A stretch of DNA of 44,917 nt, filler included, from Catajapyx aquilonaris (lineage: Eukaryota), in assembly GCA_000934665.2 (NCBI GenBank). It is 2 parts of 2 records of this genome, joined end to end, with 100 filler letters (N's around TTAATTAATTAA, not from the genome) between each part and the next. Parts side by side here need not be neighbours in the genome. Positions count along the whole stretch, not along the records: positions 1 to 22,402 come from JYFJ02005871.1; 1 more part is not named here. The stretch is one strand, 5' to 3'. The notes beneath the pieces are model-generated. The model saw nothing but the letters and a program-made list of their open reading frames with translations, made no database searches and was not told the origin of the DNA. A program made the translations under genes and the position numbers. Shown here piece after piece: positions 10,386 through 22,372 of this stretch (position 1 is its first letter; each line of letters begins with the position of its first letter).

Positions 10386-11262
10386 ATATTCAAGAAGTGC
10401 ACCACTGGCTGTATAGACATGCAATTTCTAAGAAGGCTATGTACGTAGAGAAGCAATTTAGATTGTCACTGTGAATATTGAATGCTACTGTATCCAGGAA
10501 CTATTGACAGACACTTCTATGAGCACATCATAAGACAGAGTGACAAAGATGTTAACCTGATGTGTAGTTCTTTGCAACTCGGACGTGGTCCACTTTTGTG
10601 TACTGCACTTGCTTTTCTGATTCCATTTACACGAGCAAATTAAAATGAACAGAAGTTGAAACTATGCTCCTGAACTGGGGTCATCTATCTCAAAGAGAAT
10701 GCATGGAATGGTGTAGGCCGGACAAAAAATGCAAGAGAGTCGGCCAAGAAAATCATGGAGATGGCCTGTGTCATGTACCACACACAACCAACTTTAGAAA
10801 ATGTTGCCCTGATACATCCAAAACATCACATTCATTCACTGACCCTGCCAGTGACCTCGAGTGCACCTCATGTAGGTTTTGTGAAATATTCGTTAATGTG
10901 GCTATGACCGTACAAAATGGTAACATATGACAATAAATGTAACTCGTTAGCACTTTTAATGATATGTAAGGTAAAGCAACTACACCTTGCACGTGTATGT
11001 GCTTGTAATAAACTGTTATTTCACCGTCACAATGTACAAACTGAAGACTTAACAAGACTCAGCGACCTTTTTCAAAATATCACAAACCCCACTGAATACA
11101 TACAATTTGTCATGTTCAGATATGAACAGTATCGCAAATTATGGGGCCATGACTGTGCCAAAGGTATACTGTACCTCTTGCTTTTCTATGGTGAGATTAA
11201 TCAGCATTCGAGTAAAAATAATTATTATAGGCTATACTACTGTTCATGGTTTGGTTTATTAG

Positions 11263-11391
11263 GAAGAAGCCAGAGCAACTATGGCTATCTGGCTGTAACG
11301 AGAGGCAAAGGTGGGACAGATGGAGAGAGAAACGAAGAGGAAAGTTGTCATATGGGAGGGTGTCTGTCAGACATTCCATTTACTGGGCTGA
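11263..11391 (+). pseudogene. Possible Myb/SANT-like (trihelix) DNA-binding domain fragment, as in Harbinger accessory proteins
   Basis: EEARATMAIWL*REAKVGQMERETKRKVVIWEGVCQTFHLLG resembles EET.ALI.IW....K..VWE.I...L...G. Preceded by a splice-acceptor-like TTTGGTTTATTAG. Confidence 0.4.
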
Positions 11392-11499
11392 AAAAAGGGG
11401 TAATGTGAATTTGTAGTAGAGTAGCCTACAATGATTCCCTTCTTTTGGCCTGTGAATCATAAGATACCGGTACTGGTGTTAATTTTCTTACAATAAATC

Positions 11500-11890
11500 A
11501 CATCAGGACAATAAAGGACAAAATCACAAACTTCAGATACGACAAAGACTTGAGACACCACAAAAATAACTTGGCAAATCTAGTGAAATGCAAGGCCTAT
11601 CAATCACCGCTTCAGACTCTTAAGTCTCATGATATGGGTAGGAAAAGTCAATCCTCACAGAATTCACAAGGTACACCAGAGAAGACGAAAACTATCAGTG
11701 ATAAAAACCTCGCCGTGACTGGTGAAGCACAAGACCTCTCCACCATGATAATGGTGACACCATACAAAATAAAGGAGCCGAAGAAGACTATGGGAAAATC
11801 ATCAGAAACGTTGAAGAAGCTTAGGATGCAATGGAAGCAATACACTCAGCAGATAGGTGAAAATGGAGCCAGTTGGCGACGCACAAGCCC
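11500..11890 (+). pseudogene. Decayed RTE-like LINE ORF2 C-terminal fragment(s)
   Basis: Across frames: IKDKITN, KPRRDW, EPKKT...LKKLRMQW, ADR*KWSQL. These resemble the RTE tail (DKITN...GRP[RK]..W...L..L...W..A.DR..WR). Confidence 0.5.
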
Positions 11891-12027
11891 CACTTTATTA
11901 TGTTCCATTTAGTTCCATTTGTTCACTTGTTCGCTATACCTTAGATTAGGACGTAGCCAATGCAACATTGGCAACCTGCGAAATAAGACGACGAAAAGCA
12001 GGGACAGACGAGCAATGTAAGCTTACT

Positions 12028-12057
12028 CATAGACATTAGAGAGCTCTAAGGTCTATG
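12028..12057. mobile_element. 30-bp micro-MITE (CATAG...CTATG) with a perfect 8-bp TSD
   Basis: CATAGACATTAGAG-AG-CTCTAAGGTCTATG, 14-bp arms with 1 mismatch, flanked by AGCTTACT at 12020-12027 and 12058-12065. Confidence 0.85.
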
Positions 12058-13028
12058 AGCTTACTTACAAGTTGAGCGTCCAAGTGCGACAGATGGGGTT
12101 TCCGTTTAATACAATTTAACATTAGCTTAAGGCGACATATGCAATGCATTATCAATATTATGGACTGCCTCTCCCTCCATTTGCATCAATTAATAAATCA
12201 TAAAACTCGAAATTGACCTACAATCAACTATCGCACCTCGAGCCTTACTCGCTTGTATGCTGTATGCCCTTCGCTACAGTGCAGTGCCTGGAATAAGTAT
12301 TTTCATCCATCAATCATTTCTTGCAATCATTATAACTCCTTCAACAATATTAAAATAACTAATTCACAATCATGATCTTCAGATCAGAATCATGGTCAGG
12401 ATGCTCTGACAAACGCAGTACGTACCATGCCGTTGTTACAGGAAAATGGCTACATCAGTGGAAATGTGCACATTTCTACTAATTATGGCTCTACAGCTCA
12501 GGTTGATTGATTATATTGAATCATAAGAACACCTCAGGGTATACCGTACGCATCTCAGGATTACTATGGAGTTGTAAAAATGGTCGAGGTCTGTTCAATA
12601 TTACTTTTCCTTCAAGATTTCGCTCTCCATCATTATGTGCAACATTGCACGTGCCTTCTTCTAATACTCGCGTTACACATTATTGAGTGGCACGAATTAT
12701 TTGACACGTATCGTTGCATCAAGCACCATTGTTCTTCCAGCATCACCAACTGCAACCGCCAGCATAGCCAATTTCATAGTGCGTTTCGTGTAAGGGATTG
12801 GTTGCAAAGTCCAATAAACTTCTTAATAGTTCGCCAAATATACTGGTCAAATTCGGATGGATCATCTTTTGTCCCGAACAATCAACACTAATTATAATTA
12901 TTTTTAACGACAAAAACCCATCAGGCGCTTGACATAATCAAAGTGACATCAATACTCCTTCAGGTGAATTGATAGATTAGGACAGTAGACTAGGTGGGTG
13001 ACTTTTTGATAAATGATATCGTCCGATG

Positions 13029-13165
13029 GCAGTTATTTTTTTTGTAGCTTGTTGTGCCCCTAACCATGTGCCCATTCTATAACTACTGGGGGTCGAATAT
13101 TATTATCATGTGCTATAGAGTGGAGCACATGGTTAGGGGCACAACAAGCTACAAAAAATAACTGC
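13029..13165. mobile_element. Small fold-back MITE / palindrome
   Basis: ~52-bp inverted arms 13029-13081 and 13114-13165; no clear TSD. Confidence 0.8.
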
Positions 13166-13175
13166 TATGGTGGGG

Positions 13176-13262
13176 ATGCATGGCGGGACAAAATCCTAAC
13201 ATGGACAAAAACACATCAAATTTTATTTTCTCAAAATTAAGGCCCATTTTGCGACAAGGTGA
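13176..13262 (+). pseudogene. Possible PIF/Harbinger transposase N-terminal fragment
   Basis: DAWRDK/(frameshift)MDKNTSNFIFSKLRPILRQ resembles the HARBI1-like D..W..NFRM.K.TF..I...LRP.L..Q segment. Confidence 0.4.
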
Positions 13263-13739
13263 ATCCAAGCTCCTTATGGAGCACATGACTATTCTCTCTG
13301 TAATAACTTTCTCCGTAACTGCTGGAAGCCAAGTTGAAACCTATCTAGCTATCTCTCCTCCAGCATAAGGACTTGGACGGATCATACATAGAAGAAATCC
13401 ATTGAGAAGAACTACTCACGCACCTTTTGCACAAGCCAGAAAAAAAGCTCTCAACGAAGCCCTAAAGCGTGAGATGAAGAAGAGACATATTAGGCTTACC
13501 ACAGCTGCATGGCTGGTATACCGTGCACATGGCATGCTACGACTCACGGAATTTTATTATAATTATTTGCAATAGTTGCTGCCATGAGCGTGGGCAGAGG
13601 CGTGGACCCTGGGTTGTAAAAAACATATTTCTGTTAGTGATGCCGATCCAGACAGACACTTCGATAGAGTTAAAAGCTGGGTTATGGCAGAAACTAAGAG
13701 AAAAACTTCAGAGATGGTTTGAGGTTCGGATTCCTATTA

Positions 13740-13925
13740 AGACGTTGGAGGACACAAATTAATGACTTGTACAGAGGATGTGCAACCACGGTATTGTACA
13801 TACAATCAGACTTTCACAGAGACCCTTTACGACAGACCAAGCTGCCAGGTCAACTCATACTCATACTCAACTCATACTTGTGACGACTGTGAAGTCCAGC
13901 ATTGTCTGGGTCGCTCTCCGACAGC
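13740..13925 (+). repeat. Recurring module F (paralogue ~20663-20865)
   Basis: AAGACGTTGGAGGAC, ACAATCAGACTTTCA and ACCAAGCTGCCAGGTCAACTCATACTCAT shared. Confidence 0.85.
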
Positions 13926-14196
13926 CTGACGTGTAGGAGTCCCCATAGCAGGACGAAGGTGGAGGAGGCAGAGAAGGATTTTTAAATCCTCTTGAACAAA
14001 GACGCAGACTAACACCCCTGCAATAAATTTCGTACAGGGTCGGTCATAATTCAATGCGGTACGGTGCCACATGGCTTCCTATGATCTAACTTCTAACAGT
14101 ATGTTGTAAGTATGCTGCTCAACCAGAAGAAAAAAAATATTCTGGGTATTTTGGTAAGAATTATGTCACTATTACTATGTGGCTTTTCACCACGTG

Positions 14197-14425
14197 CAGC
14201 ATTTAAAGATGGCCGAGAATGTGCCAAGCATTCGATACAAGATAATGGAAAGGAGGCTGGCGACTTTAGAGAGAAACACAAGATATGCCCGCGACATATG
14301 GGAGGAGTGGAATGAAGTTGCTTATGGAACGTGAACATCATCGACCAGCAACAAATGGTGAACCAGAAGTACTGGAGAATAAGTGTTTGTGAAAGCCCAG
14401 ACGCCTGTTCCTGCGAGAAGAAGAC
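14197..14425 (+). pseudogene. Second decayed RTE-like LINE tail fragment
   Basis: LKMAENVPSIRYKIMERRL..., then in another frame NQKYWRISVCESPDA. Resembles RTE I..KI.ERRL.W.GH and A.DR..WR..V..P. Confidence 0.35.
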
Positions 14426-14429
14426 TTTA

Positions 14430-15300
14430 TTGCAACACTGGGCCGACATCATTTCAATAACTCTGCTTAAAAATGAAAATTGCTCAGATCATAGAAGTTA
14501 CATATAATAATTCCGTCATTTATTACGGTACTCACAAAATGGCAGTTAAATACTCGTTGCAAAAATTACTTCTTTTGGCACTTATTTGCAAGTGATTAGG
14601 GAAAGTGCCTTTCAATCCACCCAGGATTTGGTTGATGCTTGAATTCTACGAGATGGATCGTTCCCCAGCTACGAATTAATGCAATCCTCTCCTAGTCCTT
14701 GCCTGACATGTACTTACATAGAAATATTCATCATAACATGTTCCATATCGACTTAGCCTGCCGCATTTAGACCAGTATTATTAAATGCCCTGTTCCACAC
14801 ATGAAACATCGCCTAACTAGTGTTCATACTCATACCAACATACAACTCGTAGTATGTATGGAAAGCACGAAGTGACAAGTAATCGCCTCTTTGGAATAAC
14901 TTTTCCGAAATGCGATGTTAATCCAATGTAAAAATGAACAGATAAAGACAAACGCCTCATCAAAAAGTAAGTAACGAAAGCCCGCTGATGTAGATACAAT
15001 AACTTTTCTTTTGGCTCATCAACAATAACAATAACAACCGACGACATCAAACACACGCTAGACACGTGACCAAGTATTACGCAAAATGGAAGCTACTGTG
15101 GAAAGTAGGTTTTAACCTTTTGAAAAGAAATTGCTCCATAGCATTGATTCCATAACACTTTACAAAATAACCGCCAGATCAGTATTAGACAACATGACAT
15201 GAGGTTTGAAACGGAAGCTGCTTAATTAAAAGATAGATATGACGGCATGAATAATTAAACCGATCCGATATAATTTCATTAATGCAACCAGAAAATAATA
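14430..15300 (+). repeat. Module C + intervening slot + module A (second C-A pair)
   Basis: Same C-then-A order as 5255-6055 but with a different intervening sequence. Confidence 0.85.
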
Positions 15301-15511
15301 ACTGTCCATTATGTCCATCACACTTTGGTACGTGTACATGCTGCAGTACTCTACATGCCTAGGTTGCAGGTGGGTTGCATAAAAAACGAAGGGCTGGTTC
15401 TACACCGAAATCCACAAGCATTTCCCCTTGACTTTGGGTTGCGACCAAAAAAAACAGCAGCCGACAAGCAAAGAAATGAGGGTCTACAAAACACAGGTAC
15501 CCTCTCTTTTC

Positions 15512-15652
15512 CACCGACGAAGATGAACCACGACAATAATATACAGACCAGAGCACTGACGCAATGTACGCCCACTTCTGTAATACTGAAGACCCAACGG
15601 ATATTTCGACATACGATGGGTCAAGAGACAACTGATTATGTTGTACTGTAAA
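15512..15652 (+). repeat. Recurring module G (paralogues ~21718-21850, partial ~18555-18602)
   Basis: ACGAAG.TGAA(A)CCACGAC, GACGCAATGTA, ACGGAYATTTC.ACAT and ATTATG shared. Confidence 0.65.
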
Positions 15653-16361
15653 TATTAATGTAAAACTTAACTTGAGGTGTACAACATTTCTTATGGAAAG
15701 CCGGTTAGAACGGTAAACATTGTACCGTCCACCGGATAGTAAGAAAGATGGATCATTTGTTGCATGTTCAGTAGCAGACAGTCTTGATAAGAACTAGTGC
15801 AATAGGAAGTAAGATCTCCGTGTGACATGTACACTAATTATGAAAAGTTGCGTATGTACCCCCCTCTCGGTACCATATGTGTAAGCCCACTTAAGAGACT
15901 AATAGGAAACGATGCGTAACTTCAGTCTGAGTGTGAATGAAATCAGTAACTTGTTATTTTCGTAGTGTTTCCCCCACTTTACAGGCTAGAAGGTCAAGTA
16001 ATGTGTAACGCAAATTGACCTCAAAAAGAGACCTCATTAACAAACCAAATTCATTAAAGAGCAGATGGCACAATCTCCGTACCACAATGAAGGTATATTC
16101 ATTTTGAAAATATTTATTATGTTCATGAATACTGAAATACTGAAAGCTTATGTAATGGAAATATCAACTTTTCTCCCTTCCTCCTCCGTATTTAATTTTT
16201 ATCTCCGTAACCACCAGCGACACTCGGAACTTATACAGAGCATGGATGGGGGATCGTGTGATATTTTTCATATATTTTCGTGACCTCATAGGGTCAAAAG
16301 GTCAAAGGTCAAAGATTTTGATTTCAAAAAAGGAGAGGTCACATTTTGCATAAACTTTCCT

Positions 16362-16437
16362 TTTTCATCACCATCACCATCACGACATTTCCCTATAATG
16401 GTAATATCAACGATGCAGGGAGACGCAAGCTAACTTT
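16362..16437 (+). repeat. Recurring module H (paralogue ~18460-18538)
   Basis: CATCACGACATTTCCCTAT...CGATG.AGGGAGACGCAA in both copies. Confidence 0.8.
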
Positions 16438-16696
16438 CATTTTTGGTACAGAAATATTGGGCACTTCTAGAATAATTGAAATTCACTTCAACGATGTCAG
16501 TGATGCCAATAGTTGCCGAAATATGGCGGTTGTCGTGATGATCAAATTTTAGCACATGCAAATTTTCATCGGGTCATTTCTCGTGACCTATGGATGCTAG
16601 CGGGTTGAAAAATTCATACAATCACATGTGAATCACATAACGTTTCTGTATGCCAAATTTCAAAAATTCAACAAAAATGCAGTGTGGACATCTGAT

Positions 16697-17310
16697 GATG
16701 CACTATGCTATAACAATAATACTGAATAAAAATTGTACTTGTCAAATGTAATAGTAACCTGAGTGTCACATTGTACCAAGTCATGGCCTCATACATACTT
16801 CAAAAAGTGCAGGACATGGGGCAAAAATTCAAACAACACCCCAGATCAGGAATATCATGCTCTGCTGGATACCATCAAGAGCACGCAGTGAGACTTAGAC
16901 GAGAAAAACAAGCCCCACATAATAAGCTTCCAGACACTCATTCAATGGACACAGGAAACATGAGCAACAAGTCATTAGTCCTGAGACTATGTACACTGAA
17001 GGAACACTCAGAGAATAAGTATTTCGACTATTTCCTCTGATATAATACACAATATACAGAGTTTGTGTTTGAAATTATATATTCACCAAAAGGTAGCCAT
17101 CTGACCACTGCCGACATGCTGGACATCACTGGAAGGAGCCATTGTGGAGCTTATATAAAATCTGATGGTGTCCAGCTGAATGAAAGAGCCAGACATACAC
17201 GAGACTACCAGTTTTCCAGTGACCGGAAAAACTGCTTCAACACATCCTCGCATACAATTCCCGCAGTCCTTCCAATACCAAGTCCAGGTACAGTAATAAA
17301 TTTCCTACAA
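16697..17310 (+). repeat. Modules P+Q joined directly (site lacking the helicase fragment seen at 2763-3465)
   Basis: ATAAGTATTTC-GACTATTTCCT-CTGATATAATAC junction at ~17015-17048. Confidence 0.85.
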
Positions 17311-18710
17311 AACGTCGGGACTGTCCAACCAGCCATCGCCACAGCAACAACAGCAACAGAGAAATGCCGGCAGCGCAAATGCCCCGAAGAAGCGTGGAAC
17401 GACGTATCAGATATTCTATTTGGAAGGCCTACTCCTCAAGGACGCCGAGGGCAGACAACCCAAGAGTCAACCAGCAAAATCAGGAACATGGACCTGATGC
17501 TTATGATGTGGTACAGGCAGCAGCCCAAATCGTGGCCCAGGCAGCTACGCAGGAGGTCATCCAGGCAGTTGTGCAGGCCATGAGCCAGGGGGGAAGCTGG
17601 TGGCTCGACTTCACTCCCTTTAGGACAATCTAGGTATGACTTTTCATGAACCCCTCGCAACGAAAGCCATGCGTAAGGGCATCACAAATTGCTTGACAAC
17701 AATCAAGAAGTTTCTAGCGAAACCTGTTGTAATGTCTGCCTAAGTAGCTTCAATAGGACAATGAGATAAACTTAAATTTTTTTTAAAAATGTCTGCTTCC
17801 GACATTGTTTCACTGCACGATATTGGAAAGAAATTATGCCAAATAGGACGATAGAATGAAACGGCAATCGGCAAATCTGGTAAACGTTGCCCGGGCTATG
17901 AAGTGACTGGAGGAAGAGACGAAGGCGAATAACATATTTTACATTCTGGGGATCTTCAAAATGCAACTTTCCCGTCAAACACGAGAGATGAGGGATGGTT
18001 GGTAGTTGGTACAAAATGTATTGTTTACCTATCTAGTGATACTACCTTTGGGAAGAACAGTAGACACAAGAAGTGTCGGTCGCCAAGACAATATATATAT
18101 TCACGATAAGAATAGTCTACCCAAATGCACATCACGAACATACTGCATATGTTCATTATCTATTAACTACCTGGCTATGTGGGAAGTAAGTGGCATTACC
18201 TTCTGCAGCAGTCATACTTCATCGCAAGAAAATTCTCCATTTTATGGCATCAGAAGTCATAACCGGACTACAAGGGAAATAGATTGCTATAAATAAGTAT
18301 TTCTTCTGTCTTGATCTCTTTGACAGCACTTCTCAAAGAAGAACCGGGTTACTTTCCTGCCAAAATCGTATGGTAGGTATTATTTCCTGACACAGCTTAC
18401 GACTTTCGTTAATACTCAACCAAAATAAAACCCACATATTTTCACAGATAACACACAACTTCATCATCATCCTCATCAACATCACGACATTTCCCTATGA
18501 GGGGTAGTCAGCGATGAAGGGAGACGCAACACAACTTGATCAGTAATATCAGTAACGAATATTTCGACATGCGATGGACCAATATACTCATTATGTTGTA
18601 CCGGTCACAATAATAGCAAACATGGAGGGCGTGGAGCAGTCCATGGCCACTTTCAGAACCTCCTTCATACTGTGTAGATATGGGAAATGTTAAACCTCAT
18701 TCACTTTTAC

Positions 18711-18887
18711 TACAATATTTGGGGCATCAAGATCCGACTAAATTGCAAGGAACATACTGCACTACGTACTAGGTCGAAATAAATATGGTGGAGAGGAGAA
18801 GAGAGAGAAATATTCTGGACAAGAAATGGAGTGCAGCAGAGATGGCGCTTGATTCCTGCTATTTTCATATCTATCAACAACAGCTGA
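18711..18887 (+). pseudogene. Decayed non-LTR reverse transcriptase fragment (GV.QG..LSP.LF region)
   Basis: WGIKIRL...EEREIFWTRNGVQQRWRLIPAIFISINN resembles SE.F.T..GV.QG..LSP.LF.IYIND. Confidence 0.5.
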
Positions 18888-19559
18888 AAATTCTGAGTGT
18901 AATAAAACCTCTGTGAGTACGTGAGTGCCACGAATTTTTAGTTTTGGGTTACATCATCCGGACCACAGTATTATTAACCATGGTAGTATATTATAACAGA
19001 CGTACAGTATTTCCTGTACTATATTGAAGGATAATGACGAGCTGACCTGGCTAGAACTTCCTGTACTATAAATGCTAATATCATTATCATTTTCATCTAT
19101 CAGTGACCAGGTCAACTAGAGCCAACTAGAGCACAACTGGACATTGAATCACAAAAAAGTGAATGTACTGGGATTGTCAAAAGGAATGTGTGTAAACAAC
19201 AGGTGGCAAAACTTGCTGATGCCAAATATGAACAAGTGATATGAACAATGATCGAACTCCGAGTTCGCCTTGAACGTCACTCCATTGGCCAGTAAAGGAG
19301 GCGAGGAAGAAGTGGAGCAAAATGCTGCCGTAGGTTCTGCGGTACTGTTTTCGTCGTCCTAACGTACAGTAGTTGAAAACCCATATATTACGCATGCCCA
19401 GACGAACGTGAATTTTAAAAAAAACTGACAGTTCAATAAACTGTTGTCTATAATAGCTACATAAGCTTGCACATGCCCGATCATCATGTGAGGGGCTTCT
19501 ATAGTAGAAAAGCAAAATAAACACAACAGGTAAAGAGAAAATGTAATGACTGTAAAGAG

Positions 19560-20380
19560 TAAAGGATTTCAAAATAATGTCCATCACAATGAATTAATAA
19601 AATGGAGTAGGCATATAAGGGATACGTTCTTTATTCATTGCACAACTGGCCATCATCGTTTTTCAACTCTACTTGAAAAATGGAAAATCAGGCAGACGTC
19701 CCATGAATGTAATAAGTCAGTTGACATTCCATTCATTTAAGTTGAGAATGGTTTGCATTGCACAACATAATGAACTCTTATTCCTTTCTTTTTGTGTGCA
19801 TGTCAGTCCGCATTGTATAAACCATTCTACGGCACTACTTCATATACAAAAATGTAAATAATATTATTCCACTTTCGAACGTTACCAAACAAAGTTTGGA
19901 ACTCCTCTTGCAAGTGCTAGGAGCAAGAAAACAAGTGATCAACATTACTTACAGCCATAGATACTGACCTCTATTGGACTAATTATACAGTGTTATGATT
20001 TACACAGCCACCACTAATGACACCCACAGCACACTTGGGCGATGCATAAGTCTCACTGAAGATTGTAGCTGTGAATGTGAAACAAAATGCTGTGTTTACC
20101 AATAATACAAGAATATGGGCGGCTTCGAGTGGCTTAACACGACCGCCAGCGCCACCACGTCATCAACGAAATTATCGGATGTTGATATGAAGACTCCCCC
20201 ACCTCAATATGCATGTTGGGTTCATAAAGGTTGCATATAATAATTCTATCATTTATTATGGGACTCACACAAAAGAGCAGTTAAAATGATACTGATTGTA
20301 AAATTACATTATTTTCAAGTGATTTGGGAAAGTGGCCAAATCCAACCAGGATTGATGTATGCTTGAACGCGACAAGATGA
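19560..20380 (+). repeat. Shuffled run of modules B, J, E and C
   Basis: TCAGGCAGACGTCC (B), CCAAACAAAGTTT (J), ATTTACACAGCCA (E), CAAGTGATTTGGGAAAGTG (C). The order differs from 4370-5500. Confidence 0.8.
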
Positions 20381-20662
20381 TCCCTCTTCGTCAAATTAAA
20401 CCAGATACATATAGGGATAAAATAACCAACTCTTACAGGATATCAGCTTGCTACCACCACAAGTAGTAAATATGTACGCACTTTCACCATAGTCAGAATC
20501 TCGTTTTTTCAGAGTGCAAAATTTGTTATGCCCCATATTATTAGCATTCAAAATCAAGATGCTTCAAGAATAGTACATGAACCTGATAGCATTAATTACT
20601 CCAACTGCAATGCGTACACGATTAGCATTGAGTTCATTATATCAGAGTTGCTTTGAGGATCT

Positions 20663-21365
20663 CAAGACGTTGGAGGACCATTGTCCTCATGACTTGTGAA
20701 TACACCACAGAGAGAGAAGTGCTCACAAATCAGTAGCAAAATAAAAATATACAATCAGACTTTCAGATGTAGACCCTTTACAATAAACCAAGCTGCCAGG
20801 TCAACTCATACTCATTGTGACTACTGTGGAGTATACAGTACTGTCTGGGTCACTCCCTACTGCAGTGGCATTTAAGAGTGTTGTGATCCGCAGGACATCT
20901 TGACAGATACAGTGACACATACAATAGAAACCAACAGCGGCAGTAGAGAAGATGTGCAGTTCAGTCGTCACAAGGACTATCAACAAAATACAAGAAATCT
21001 CTTCTTGAAATGTTACTTGTTGAATTGCCGCCTACTATTTTTGGACATTTCTTAGAACCTGTTGCTGTGAAGATCTGTTATTGAGATGGGAAAAGTGTCT
21101 CATTAAGAATAATTGAGTGAGCACAAAAGATGGAACTGATATTCACAAAATGTTTCAGGAAACTCAGCAGCTCCATCAGGGATTGCTCAGAAGGTAGGAA
21201 CTATAATTATCTGTGTAAGAATAAATTATAAAAGCCAGGAGTGGCAGTGGCCCCATGCGGACGCTGCAATCCCAGAATATGTGATCTGTTATCGAAGTTC
21301 ATTACAAAAAGTACACTCCTCATATCAGTGAAACAGGTTCATCAAGTATTGAATAAGAAAGGCCA
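20663..21365 (+). repeat. Modules F and D, second copies
   Basis: Match 13740-13925 and 4700-5046 respectively. Confidence 0.85.
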
Positions 21366-22317
21366 GTAAGGGCAACATAATAAATTTTTCTTCTGTTACT
21401 CGACAAAATCCGACATCACATGTGACATAAGATTACCTAAGACGAAAGATACTTTGTAGAGGTACTTTGTATCATTGTTCTGGACATACTAGACAAACGA
21501 TATATTAACATTTTAATGACCTTAGTGTACACTCTACACTTGATATTGATGCAGACTTACAGTTAGTGCTCCTCATAAGCTTCACTTGTACCATGCAGCA
21601 CCAATGTTCATTGGATACAGGATCAACCCATTCCGGTTTGTATGACGTAAATGTTATACTGTGCCAGAGATACTGCAGAGTATCCAGAGACTGAATCATA
21701 AACCATCATAAACGTCATAAACGAAGCTGAAACCACGACCATCTGCAGAACAGAATTACAGACGCAATGTAAGCCGACTGCCCCACTCATACAATACGAA
21801 ACGGACATTTCCACATAATATGAATGACCAAGTAGCAGATTATGGACTGATTATACTTGAGATTACATGGTGTCAAAATCTCAATGTATTAATGGCAATG
21901 TTAATTTGCTGGCAATGGAAATACAGCAATGTGCAAACAAACCTAGCAATCTCCGTTCTCTATATCATTGATATTATTCGGGGCAGCATGAGTTGTTGGT
22001 GGATGAGCCAGGCTTCGCAGACCCGAGTTTGAAAGACCTCTACAATGCCATCGTAACTGTGGAGGGCAAGCTAGAGAAGCAGGAAAAGCGTGTATGCTAC
22101 CTGGAGACCGGTCGCAAGGTGACGACGAATGAGGACGTGTTAAACATGTGCAATGTGTGCACGAAAAACTGAAGCTTCACGTCTGTCTGGAGTGCCAAAT
22201 TACCTTTTCGTACAGGATCACAATGTTGAAGCATTTAAAAAGAGCACATGGGCAATTGAACCAAGGCTAATCCCGTCCAAAGACGAGCGCTTCGGATATG
22301 CCGCATACACATATAAT

Positions 22318-22372
22318 ATCACAAATCATAGGGTGTGGCCAATCTTCATGTTAAAAATGCATTGATACCATT
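22318..22372 (+). repeat. Short recurring module I (paralogue ~1866-1917)
   Basis: AAATCATAGGGYGTGGYCARTCTTCATGTTA...TGCATTGAYACCA in both copies. Confidence 0.75.

Noticed and set aside
13975..14040. Ankyrin-like ILLNKDAD.H..NK fragment
   Set aside because: Too short and interrupted by stops to support.
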